IMG/VR virus record: IMGVR_UViG_3300014913_000759
Coordinates: 1-64,000 of that record
Length of the DNA: 64,000 nt
DNA from: a virus
Reading direction: 5' to 3' (one strand)
Both the position numbers and the translations under genes were made by a program. Below, piece after piece: positions 43,833 through 53,130 of the stretch; positions within the stretch are counted from its first letter, which is position 1, and each line of letters opens with the position of its first letter. The notes under the pieces are model-generated. The model was not told the DNA's origin, made no database searches, and worked only from the letters and a program-made list of their open reading frames with translations.

Positions 43833-46424
43833 TTAAACAAATTCAGCCCGGTCATCATAACCCAAGATGAATTTCTGTGGTTGCGGTGAAATTGAGGCAG
43901 ATAGGCCGTCGTTTTCAGGCGTGAAATACTTCGGAACTATACGGCATGCCAGGTCTGAGTATGTTCCGACGGCCTTAATCATACTTGATAGTTCTGCGGA
44001 GTCATAAGACGTTACATAGTGTATGGCAAAACGTATAGCCTCATCTAAATTGTTAAACTTGGAAAGGTCGTATAGTGTCTTGAGACGGTGGAGTTTCCTT
44101 CTGACATTAAGTTCGATATCTTCAGGTATATATGAGGCCACGTCTATTTTCCATCTATTAGTGATGTCATATTTATATACTTTATTTTCGGCCTCTACCC
44201 AGAAATACTCAGGAACTATAGTCTGGAAATAGAGCTCCACCACATTATACCAATTGACCTGCTTGGCATGATTCAAATCATAAACCAGCTCCCTAACTTT
44301 AATATTATCAAACTCATACTCTTGTAACCATACCGGTGTTAATGTAGCACCCATATCGGTGTACACATATGTTCCAGTTATAGTGGCAGACAGGTAGGCA
44401 CGTTGTTTATAAACATCTATAACTATAGGTATTTTATCCTCAATTCTATAACCCGTACCTATAGTTAAGGACACCGGTATTCTATCTGCGTGTACATATG
44501 AGGCGGCGTAACCCACCGTTGCTCCAAGGTTGGCTTCGTATGTTGGAATATCTTTTCCTGTTATCTGTGCTGCCAACTCTTTGAGATATGAAAACTCCAT
44601 TGTTGCACTCATATCCTTGTGGCCCGAGCCTCTGCATATGAAGTTTATTATACCTCCCAAATTGGAATGTTCCATAGTAACAACAGACAATGCTGCCGTC
44701 ATAAATATCATCTTTGGATTAATAAACGCAGACAAAGATCTTGTGTAGCCTTGTGGTGTCAAATAGGCACCTAAATTTCCAGGACTATGTGCCGCTATAG
44801 ATAGTGCCAAATCGCCCTGCTGCATGAGAATTGTCGCTGGGTAGAGATATGCTGTTAAGTCTGAGGACACCTCTACTGCCTTCGCTGCCTTTATATATGC
44901 CGGCAAATCTTTAGGTTCACCGGTGATATTTATATAAGCTTGTAGATCATTTGGGCCATATTTACCATTAAGATATGCTGGCAGGTCTTTCGTGTCCCAA
45001 CCATGGATAAATCCTGACAGGTCTTCCGGCTCTATACAAAACACGTATGCTGTCAAATTCTCAAGATACGTTCCTCGAATGTAACCACTAAGGCCTTCAT
45101 ATTGCAGCGCTCTAATCCAACCGGCTAGATCGAACGTGGCCTCTCTAACCCACCCTTTAATAAGTGCTGTAATGTTTTTAGGTGGATGTGCGGCTACGTA
45201 CGCTGGCAACTGGCGCATGTCGTTCCAGTCTATAAATGCGCCTAGATCAGACTGCTGCCAACCATGAATATGGCCAGGAAGATGACCCATTGGCCACACC
45301 TTCAAATAGCCCGGCAAATCCTGTGGCGGTACTGGGTGTAGCTCCGCTGGAAGGTCGATGTACTGTAGCGCATTCAAGAAAGCAGGAAGATCTGCATCTC
45401 CTGGGTACATCTGTCTTAAGAAACCACCCAGATCTCGGAATTCTCTAGGCTGCGCAAAGATATATGCTGGCAAATCTTCAGAGAAAATTTTAGAAATTAT
45501 AGCTCCCAAGAAATCAACACACCTATAGCGCTGCCTACCTTGTACGTACTGCGGTACGCCATCATCATAACCTATAAAATAGGCTTTAGGCGTCAGTGCC
45601 TGACAGTAAGAACCAACAACACTTGCTCCAAGGCTGCTGGGGTGCGTTACTCCGCCAACAATATTAGCCGTTAAATCTCTATATTCACTAAATATTTCAT
45701 GACCTGCTATGATAAAAGAGCCCAGATCAGCCTGAGAGGATGTCCAGCCTCTAATCGTACTTGGTAAATCTTCTTGTGATGTTTTCCAAGCTCTTATGAA
45801 AGCAGGCAAAAAATCAACACATCTGTATATTGGCCTGCCACCCAGGAACTGCGGAACACCTTCATCGTATCCTATAAAATACTGCTTTGGTGAGAGTTGC
45901 TGACAACGTACACCCGTTATAGCGGTTGTCATGCCACCTATAACCCCGTACTCCGCGCCTCTAATGAACCCTGACAAATCTTTTTGGCCGTGAAAAAACT
46001 CCTCTTCTAAACCGGTAATCTCGGCTGTTATATCTTTTGTGGATTGCTGTAAAGAGCGCAGTCTTGCCGACAGAAAATCAACACATCTAAATTCCTGTTT
46101 AGTTTCTAAGAATTGTGGCTCGCCACTGTCATAACCTATAAAATAGCTCTTGGGGCCAAGCGACTGACATCTCACAGCCGCTATTGATGCGGTTAAATTG
46201 CTTGGTAGGTGGCCTGTGATTGAGGAGCCAAGCGAGCCTTGTGCCGTAATGGTAGAATATCCTAAAATAGACGCGCCTAGATTGCCATGACTATATAGTC
46301 CTGCATCGCCTGCAGGATAGAGCTTCTGGTATGAGCCATCCTTAAGTGCCCATCTAAGCACCTGGGAACCAGAATAGCCAGCAGGAAAGATCTTAGGGTA
46401 TGTAGTTTGTCCTAATATTGGCAT
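43833..46424 (-). CDS. Repeat-rich putative virion fibre protein
   Basis: Dozens of (D/N)L(P/G/S/T)A(Y/F/S)I repeats plus three CQ...YFIGYD.G.PQ...RCVDFL units. Confidence 0.7.
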   Translation of the reverse strand: MPILGQTTYPKIFPAGYSGSQVLRWALKDGSYQKLYPAGDAGLYSHGNLGASILGYSTITAQGSLGSSITGHLPSNLTASIAAVRCQSLGPKSYFIGYDSGEPQFLETKQEFRCVDFLSARLRSLQQSTKDITAEITGLEEEFFHGQKDLSGFIRGAEYGVIGGMTTAITGVRCQQLSPKQYFIGYDEGVPQFLGGRPIYRCVDFLPAFIRAWKTSQEDLPSTIRGWTSSQADLGSFIIAGHEIFSEYRDLTANIVGGVTHPSSLGASVVGSYCQALTPKAYFIGYDDGVPQYVQGRQRYRCVDFLGAIISKIFSEDLPAYIFAQPREFRDLGGFLRQMYPGDADLPAFLNALQYIDLPAELHPVPPQDLPGYLKVWPMGHLPGHIHGWQQSDLGAFIDWNDMRQLPAYVAAHPPKNITALIKGWVREATFDLAGWIRALQYEGLSGYIRGTYLENLTAYVFCIEPEDLSGFIHGWDTKDLPAYLNGKYGPNDLQAYINITGEPKDLPAYIKAAKAVEVSSDLTAYLYPATILMQQGDLALSIAAHSPGNLGAYLTPQGYTRSLSAFINPKMIFMTAALSVVTMEHSNLGGIINFICRGSGHKDMSATMEFSYLKELAAQITGKDIPTYEANLGATVGYAASYVHADRIPVSLTIGTGYRIEDKIPIVIDVYKQRAYLSATITGTYVYTDMGATLTPVWLQEYEFDNIKVRELVYDLNHAKQVNWYNVVELYFQTIVPEYFWVEAENKVYKYDITNRWKIDVASYIPEDIELNVRRKLHRLKTLYDLSKFNNLDEAIRFAIHYVTSYDSAELSSMIKAVGTYSDLACRIVPKYFTPENDGLSASISPQPQKFILGYDDRAEFV
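45505..46175 (-). repeat. Three about 36-aa Cys-flanked repeats inside the fibre gene; ends approximate
   Basis: aaatcaacaca(t/c)ct and (a/t)cctataaaata recur near 45510, 45810 and 46075. Confidence 0.8.
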
Positions 46425-48400
46425 TATCCGCTCGTAGTTGCCACTGGTGTCATGAACATCGCACCAGCAACGTCGTAGTCTAATCCATATCTTCCTGGTT
46501 TATAGAAGGTAACCACAAACCTCTCGTCGGGCGAAGCCGGAACTCCAATCTCAAAATGGCCGTTAGCATCCGTAACATCAGAGACTACAAACTCGCCATC
46601 TAAATCAGAAACTATAACATTACAAGGTTCTGTTAATAATCTACTATATTTATCGTGAACTGTTCCAGAAATAACACTCGGTGGATAATTTTGTTCTGGA
46701 CCGTAGGACACTAACGTATCCCAGGTAGAGTTATAGCTGGCCTTTATATACGACCCCGACCTATCTGTTTTTGAAATTCTGACCTCATCTAATATACCAT
46801 CAAAAGAATAATAACCATCCATATATCCTATATAATTATACCCATCCGTATTGGCCACAGTGGTTGTGTTTGTTGCCACCTGGCTACCTGCCCACTCACC
46901 ATCTTTATATCTTTGTAGATTATCGCCAGTCCAGACAAAATCTATAGCTGTCCACACATCCTGTGATATAGATATGGTTCTGGAAGGCTGTGATGCGTCC
47001 GCCATCTCACACTGACAAACTATAACACTGCTACCACTGTTGCAGTAAACCCAAGGCACTCTTTGCCCACCACTGCCTCTAGCAAATATGGCCCTATATT
47101 GGTCGAATGGTACAACATCGGCTTTAAGAACAAAAGATAGTGTAAAAGATGATTTGCCATCTAATTCCGAAAGGTTGCCTCCCATATTCACATATTCGGT
47201 TGACGAAGGATCAAAATTCAAGCCGCGGCCTGCTTTAGCGGTTAACAAATTTGGCGTGCTGTTTGGTGTGCCATGATTGACTAAACTAGTAGAATCTTTT
47301 ACACTATTTGATCCGCTTGGACTAGAACCATCATTTTCCATATGGTACACACCAATGTAATCACTATCCCACACGTTTTTTGCTGCAGCATCTCCTAGTT
47401 CTCCAATATAATCAGTATTATCTGTTTTAGTGTAATCGTAGTATAGATATAGTTTAGTATCCCTATCTGCGTAAACCGTTGGTACCTTAGTCCATGCTAT
47501 ACACCTATTTAATCTAAATTGAAGGTCTTCCAGCTCGACAGGTAACTGTGTTCCATTTTCGTCTGTTATAGCCATCTTTTGTCGACCATAAAAATGCCGT
47601 ATGGTTCCTGAGTTTACAACAAAATTATCCACATACGCAACTAGTGTTGTATCTCCGCTTGAATAGTCGTAATTATATAGAAGGTGGAATGTTTCAGTGT
47701 TTGAACTCCAACTCCCAATTGAAGAGGAGCCTGCGGTTATCCATCCACCTCCTACATCATAGTACAGTGTCATAGTGCTTCCGCTTCTTATGTGCCGTGT
47801 TTTCCACGAGGTCGGATTGTGATAATAGGATGTACCATAAGTGCTTGCACCACCATTTACTATTCTAGATCTAAACATCATAGGGTTTGTTGGGCCATAA
47901 GAGGCGGAATCATATATTACCTGCATCATGGCGTAGTTGGTGCTTGGATTGTCTTTATCTCTTGTATAGGTATATAGTAAGAAATATTCAGAATCTGTTT
48001 CTGCAGCATCATAACCCGAATGATATTCTAGACTAAAAGAAGTTGTTATGAAATTCCATCTCGTATAGGCTCTAAGTTGTGCGTAAAGATTAGTACCTAC
48101 GGTGGTGCCACTCATGGTGAGTTTATTATCTGCTACATAAAAACTTGCACCAGTCGGTGTGCCGAGTGACCATGTTTTTAGGTTTATTTCGCCGCTAGTA
48201 AAATCATCACTAAAATCATAGTCGGCCTCACTAAGCTCAGCCTTCATACCCGACATTACATCAGCACTGTTGGTGCCGCAACTGTTTCTGAGATTTAAAA
48301 ACAGAGGAAAATCATTAATGTCTTCATCAATAAGATCGTGATCTATGGTTATCTCTATTCTTTTTGCCCAATCTGATAACCAACTACTATTGAATGTCAT
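46424..48400 (-). CDS. Putative tail/virion protein: DUF2341 + inserted lectin-like domain + LamG + Ig-like C-terminus
   Basis: W..RI.ITID, DFPL, TQLPVE, WTKVP, LYLYYD, VWD...GVYHM, FDG.LDEVRIS. Confidence 0.8.
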   Translation of the reverse strand: MTFNSSWLSDWAKRIEITIDHDLIDEDINDFPLFLNLRNSCGTNSADVMSGMKAELSEADYDFSDDFTSGEINLKTWSLGTPTGASFYVADNKLTMSGTTVGTNLYAQLRAYTRWNFITTSFSLEYHSGYDAAETDSEYFLLYTYTRDKDNPSTNYAMMQVIYDSASYGPTNPMMFRSRIVNGGASTYGTSYYHNPTSWKTRHIRSGSTMTLYYDVGGGWITAGSSSIGSWSSNTETFHLLYNYDYSSGDTTLVAYVDNFVVNSGTIRHFYGRQKMAITDENGTQLPVELEDLQFRLNRCIAWTKVPTVYADRDTKLYLYYDYTKTDNTDYIGELGDAAAKNVWDSDYIGVYHMENDGSSPSGSNSVKDSTSLVNHGTPNSTPNLLTAKAGRGLNFDPSSTEYVNMGGNLSELDGKSSFTLSFVLKADVVPFDQYRAIFARGSGGQRVPWVYCNSGSSVIVCQCEMADASQPSRTISISQDVWTAIDFVWTGDNLQRYKDGEWAGSQVATNTTTVANTDGYNYIGYMDGYYSFDGILDEVRISKTDRSGSYIKASYNSTWDTLVSYGPEQNYPPSVISGTVHDKYSRLLTEPCNVIVSDLDGEFVVSDVTDANGHFEIGVPASPDERFVVTFYKPGRYGLDYDVAGAMFMTPVATTSG

Positions 48401-48401
48401 C

Positions 48402-50633
48402 TTAGTATCCTCCTCCGCTTATTGTTGTACCGCTTAGTGTTGTCATATATTCTGCACCAGCCAGGTATGTAAGACCTTGATACGTTCCAGGAAAACTATA
48501 AGTTACTAGAACAGTGTCGCCAGGTTCTTTGCCGAAAATCTTCATGGAAAATAGGCCTGTACCGGAAGCTGCTGTTGTGTGTGCCAAAACTTTCCCTCCG
48601 ACCTCATCGAGTGCAACTACATAACATATGTCATCCATATGTAGACCGTATCTATTAGTACATTCACCTTCCACATAAGAATATGGGTCAAATGAAATCA
48701 ACCCATTAAATGTGTTGTGATGCTCGGCCTTCAGCCAGGCTGCTGATCTGGAGCCATTTGTTATTCTTACCTCATCTATTATTCCGTCCCAATACATACC
48801 AGAACCATCAATCCTTGCTCCTATATCCAATTCATTAGTTGTGTTTTCTTTAAAAACATCGACTAAAGAAGTAGTAGCTGAAACCGGCTGACCATCAATA
48901 TACAAGGTTGCAGTGTTGTTACCTTGTGTCGCTGTGTCCGTCGTAGCTACGACAGCAACGCTTTTAAATTCGCCATTGTTGATGGCGCTGGCCGTCGTAT
49001 ATATTTGTGAAACACCGCTAGTATTACCATAGTTATAATTTAAACATCCGGCTCCGTGGACGTAACCCATGTACAAACCCCAACCACCATTTGCATTGTT
49101 AGTTCCATGTCCAAGGATAGCTCTGCCGTCCGTGGCTGTGGTCTTAACAATAGCTGAAGCAGTAAAGGTTTTGTTGGAAAAGTTCATTGGGTCGCCTAGG
49201 TCTATATAATCGTCATTGCCATCAAAATCCAAAGCTTTGCCGGCTCTTCCGTCTACCAAATCGCCAGTCAACATAGATCCGCCAGATGTTCCGTGATGCA
49301 ATCTACCGGAAGAATCTTTTATAGCGTCTGTTCCGCCTGAAGGGTCTTGACTAAGACGATAAACATATTGAAAATCTATCCATACGCCGACAGCAGCGTT
49401 ACCAAATTGCCATCTTTCGGCATTTGTATTTGAATGTGTATACAATATAGAATACGGGTGAGTAGTGTCCCACCCACCATACCATAATCTATATACACCA
49501 TCATCATTTATAATACTAGCGGAATAGGTGCGTGTCGCGTCATAAGTTCCTTCTAGGCCGACATCAAAAACTCTCAGCGGTGTTGACCAGGACGTTCCAT
49601 TAGTAGACGTGGTGTGCAATAACCTGAAAACATTAGAAGAATCATTTCCAGAAGGGTACATTGTATAAGTTGTGCCTTCTTTTATAACGGGACCTGGGTA
49701 AATTTGTGAATAGGCATCGGAGGTTCCGAAGTTTATAACTTGCTGATGGCCTGTCCAAGTCGTGCCGTTAGTAGATTGTGCATAACAAACTCTATAAGCA
49801 AAGCCGTCTTGACCTCCATACCACATCTTATATGTGGTGCCATCTTTAATTACATAAGGGGTTGAGCAATGTACACTATCTGCCGATATATTTCCTGGCG
49901 CCATAACTTGTTGGAAATTTGACCAGCTTTCGCCATCTGTCGATGTACAGTAGATTATGCTCCAATATGACCCACCATGGCCAGCGTACCACATCTTATA
50001 TGTAGAGCCATCTTTAATGACTGTCGGAGATGTGGTGTGCACGGTATCGTAGGTGCCCTCTGAGCCTAAATCTATAATCATTTTATGGCCTTGCCAGTTA
50101 TTAAGAGTGCCTGACGAGACACAATAACCAATTCTCCATCTATCAGGCGTAATCGTTCTCATACCGTACCACATCTGGTAATCATCATTGTTTTTTAAAA
50201 CCGTGGGCCAGGACGCTGTTTTGTCGTCATATGTTCCTTCGGTGTTTGCTTGAACCTCCACAGTAGCGTGTACATCTGTAGCCTTACTCACGTAATCTAC
50301 GTTATCCGCTTTCGTAGAATCATAATATAAATACAATGTTGTATCTACACTAGAATACAGTGTCGGTACTTTAGTCCATAGGTGTGCAATCTCTTCCGTC
50401 GCATCCCAATACTCGACCTCCACCGGTAGTTGTGTTTCGCCGTCTGCGGATGTGATCGCTATTTTCTTATAAGAAGGCCCGACCTCATCAAACACAGGGG
50501 TAGCATCAAAGTCGCCTGCCGTACCCGTACCACTAGAGAGTGTAATCAAGACGGGAAAATCTGTTAGATTACTATCTATCTTGCTGCTGTCTAGTGTAAG
50601 ACGCATTATGTTTGACCAGTCTAACCAAGCCAT
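48402..50633 (-). CDS. Putative tail protein: DUF2341 + GH32/GH43-like propeller + LamG + Ig-like C-terminus
   Basis: Repeats P.VIKDG.TYKMWY.G...Y..ST.G..W; WDG.IDEVRI. Confidence 0.8.
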   Translation of the reverse strand: MAWLDWSNIMRLTLDSSKIDSNLTDFPVLITLSSGTGTAGDFDATPVFDEVGPSYKKIAITSADGETQLPVEVEYWDATEEIAHLWTKVPTLYSSVDTTLYLYYDSTKADNVDYVSKATDVHATVEVQANTEGTYDDKTASWPTVLKNNDDYQMWYGMRTITPDRWRIGYCVSSGTLNNWQGHKMIIDLGSEGTYDTVHTTSPTVIKDGSTYKMWYAGHGGSYWSIIYCTSTDGESWSNFQQVMAPGNISADSVHCSTPYVIKDGTTYKMWYGGQDGFAYRVCYAQSTNGTTWTGHQQVINFGTSDAYSQIYPGPVIKEGTTYTMYPSGNDSSNVFRLLHTTSTNGTSWSTPLRVFDVGLEGTYDATRTYSASIINDDGVYRLWYGGWDTTHPYSILYTHSNTNAERWQFGNAAVGVWIDFQYVYRLSQDPSGGTDAIKDSSGRLHHGTSGGSMLTGDLVDGRAGKALDFDGNDDYIDLGDPMNFSNKTFTASAIVKTTATDGRAILGHGTNNANGGWGLYMGYVHGAGCLNYNYGNTSGVSQIYTTASAINNGEFKSVAVVATTDTATQGNNTATLYIDGQPVSATTSLVDVFKENTTNELDIGARIDGSGMYWDGIIDEVRITNGSRSAAWLKAEHHNTFNGLISFDPYSYVEGECTNRYGLHMDDICYVVALDEVGGKVLAHTTAASGTGLFSMKIFGKEPGDTVLVTYSFPGTYQGLTYLAGAEYMTTLSGTTISGGGY

Positions 50634-50641
50634 ATATCCTC

Positions 50642-53128
50642 CTACTCACCTACAATTAGGTCTGTTGGGCTTCCTGTAAATGTTTCTGTAGCCACCAACA
50701 CATTATTTTCTATGTGACTTATAACATTATTAACCAAATAAAGATCCAAATTATCAAAAGTTGAATCTGAACTGGCCCAGATGCTGCCATAGTTGTCATT
50801 AGATCCTGCCGCAACGCGAGATGTATATGCTTCAGAGTTTTTCTCTTGCATCTCCCACTCAGCAATACATATTTTGCCGGTGTTGGCGTTCCAGTTGCCG
50901 ATCGCCTTCAGCTTATATTGATAATAATACGTGTTGTTAGTAAATGTATATTCTTGCCAGTTTGTATTACGTGGTGTATATGTGTTCTTTAAACCGATAA
51001 GCTCAGTCCAATTTGTTAGATCGTTCGAGCCATAGAATACGATTTGTTTTGGAAAATACGCATACATAGAATCAAAACCTACGGGTTTTAATCTCAGCTT
51101 TGATACTATTTTCTTGCCCACGCTAGCACTATTGCGTGACATTTTCCATTCTTGTAGTGCTATATTGGAACCATAGGTGTCAACAACATAAAGTCTATAA
51201 CTTCTGTATGCAATGTTGTTATCAAATACAACAGTTTGCCAAGTCGCAGACTGAGAGAACTGGCCGGTATGAAGAGTAACCCATTCCTCATCACGTGGAT
51301 GTAAAAAAGAACCCTCTATTCTATAATTTTTAGGCATTCCACTAAGTGTGTCTGACACACCTTTAACTGATAAAACCGCTACCTTGTAAATCTTAGATTC
51401 AAAATCTATGGCAGCCCAACCACTGGTAGTTGTAGACCGCCAAAAAGCGTTGCCAGACTCATCAGTATCATTGTCGGATAATTTGGACGCGTTTCTGTAT
51501 CTTACGTGTCCATCGTCATAATGTAAATAGTTTGTGTCAGTAACATCACCATTGTAGGAACCAAAATCTATAGTCAGCTCTATGCCTGCGCCGGCGGCGT
51601 CTCCGTCATCACTACACCAAATGTTATCTAGAGCGTTTATAATGTTGTCTGATAATTTTGTTGGGTCTCCGCCCGACACAGAGGTAGATGTGTGCTCATA
51701 GTTTACGAGTGTTAGATCTGGGCCATAATCATACTCTAGTACATCAGGGTCTATACGTTCCTCTGTCAAGAGATTACTAACGTCAAACTCCGGTTCTGGG
51801 GAAACATACTCTCTAATAATAACCCAGTCTATTTCACCGTTACTTCCGTACGTACCTCTTCCACGCACTCTAAAATTGTCAAGCCACGTATTGCCCTCAC
51901 AGGATCTTTCCCAAGAATCTAAATAATCTGTATATGTATTTCTTCCGCTTACACCTTGGTGTATGGTATCAGTAGGTTCATGATATGTAATTATATGTCT
52001 ATTATAGCTCTGACCTTCTATACCTTTTTCAGTGCCTGTGTCTGCTCCTGCTCCTCCGCACTCAAAATTATGTGTCCTGTATGTATCGCCGTATGCGCCG
52101 TAGCTTACATAATTTTCCCATGCCCAGTCGAAAATAAAATAATCGTACGACACGTATCCTGTACTTGGTGAAGCATCTTCTATCCAAACATATGTCTCCA
52201 GTGCCCAACTGCGCACACCATTAAATATGTTGCCTTTCGTTTGTATATAATCTGGCAACGGGCCAGGGTATACTCTAGAGCCCTTAATAGTATAAGAGCC
52301 AAAAACAGACCATTTGGAGGTATCTATAGATGTACCAAGAAAATCATCATAAAGTAAAAAATCAATAGAATCAGGGTCAGATATTCCTGAATCATTCTCT
52401 TTGCCCCAAAAAGCATACAGCTGTTTAGTTTCGTTTGCTGACAAAGAAGGTATATTAAGCCATACAATTGCCTCCTCATTAGCAACGTCCCACTTTTCGA
52501 TCCACATTTTCCATATATGACCACCGTTCCAATCCTCACCAACCCTAAAATCACCACTTCCATGCGCAAAGAGCTGGATGATTCCCAGACTAGTATATGT
52601 GTTGCCGTGGTTACTTAACACATCAAACTTATAATACCTATATGTTTCTGAGCTATCGACATCAAATGATTGTAGGTTGCCGTTTGCTGCCGCATTTCCT
52701 GTGAGTAGCTCATACCACACGCTATTGTCGTTGGAACCACTAAGCTTAAAACTATCCACCATCTGATCGTTGCCGGCGCTATTCCAACGTTGTAATTCTA
52801 ATCGGCCAACGGCCAACGATGTACCTAAATCCACTTTCCACCAAGCCGTAGAAACATTGATTCTCCAATAGTCATCAACATGGTTATAAGTAGAACAATC
52901 CTCAGGGCCACCTTGAAAAGCGGAAGACGCATAATGTGTCATATTCTCATTATTTGCCCTTGGGCCGCCAACAGAAAAACTTTTTGTCTGTGAAAAATCA
53001 AAAGTTGTAGCATCTAAAATTAACTTAACAGGATAATTCGTTAGATCCTCTCCAGATCTTTCCGTTATAGTTAACTCTTCTCTATACAAATAATGTGATG
53101 AATCTATGTTAGCAGCATAATCTGCCAT
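50642..53128 (-). CDS. Putative tail protein: DUF2341 + discoidin (F5/8-like) domains
   Basis: WWKVDLG...F.LSGSND...W...YRYYK and two further discoidin-like units. Confidence 0.78.
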   Translation of the reverse strand: MADYAANIDSSHYLYREELTITERSGEDLTNYPVKLILDATTFDFSQTKSFSVGGPRANNENMTHYASSAFQGGPEDCSTYNHVDDYWRINVSTAWWKVDLGTSLAVGRLELQRWNSAGNDQMVDSFKLSGSNDNSVWYELLTGNAAANGNLQSFDVDSSETYRYYKFDVLSNHGNTYTSLGIIQLFAHGSGDFRVGEDWNGGHIWKMWIEKWDVANEEAIVWLNIPSLSANETKQLYAFWGKENDSGISDPDSIDFLLYDDFLGTSIDTSKWSVFGSYTIKGSRVYPGPLPDYIQTKGNIFNGVRSWALETYVWIEDASPSTGYVSYDYFIFDWAWENYVSYGAYGDTYRTHNFECGGAGADTGTEKGIEGQSYNRHIITYHEPTDTIHQGVSGRNTYTDYLDSWERSCEGNTWLDNFRVRGRGTYGSNGEIDWVIIREYVSPEPEFDVSNLLTEERIDPDVLEYDYGPDLTLVNYEHTSTSVSGGDPTKLSDNIINALDNIWCSDDGDAAGAGIELTIDFGSYNGDVTDTNYLHYDDGHVRYRNASKLSDNDTDESGNAFWRSTTTSGWAAIDFESKIYKVAVLSVKGVSDTLSGMPKNYRIEGSFLHPRDEEWVTLHTGQFSQSATWQTVVFDNNIAYRSYRLYVVDTYGSNIALQEWKMSRNSASVGKKIVSKLRLKPVGFDSMYAYFPKQIVFYGSNDLTNWTELIGLKNTYTPRNTNWQEYTFTNNTYYYQYKLKAIGNWNANTGKICIAEWEMQEKNSEAYTSRVAAGSNDNYGSIWASSDSTFDNLDLYLVNNVISHIENNVLVATETFTGSPTDLIVGE

Positions 53129-53130
53129 AG

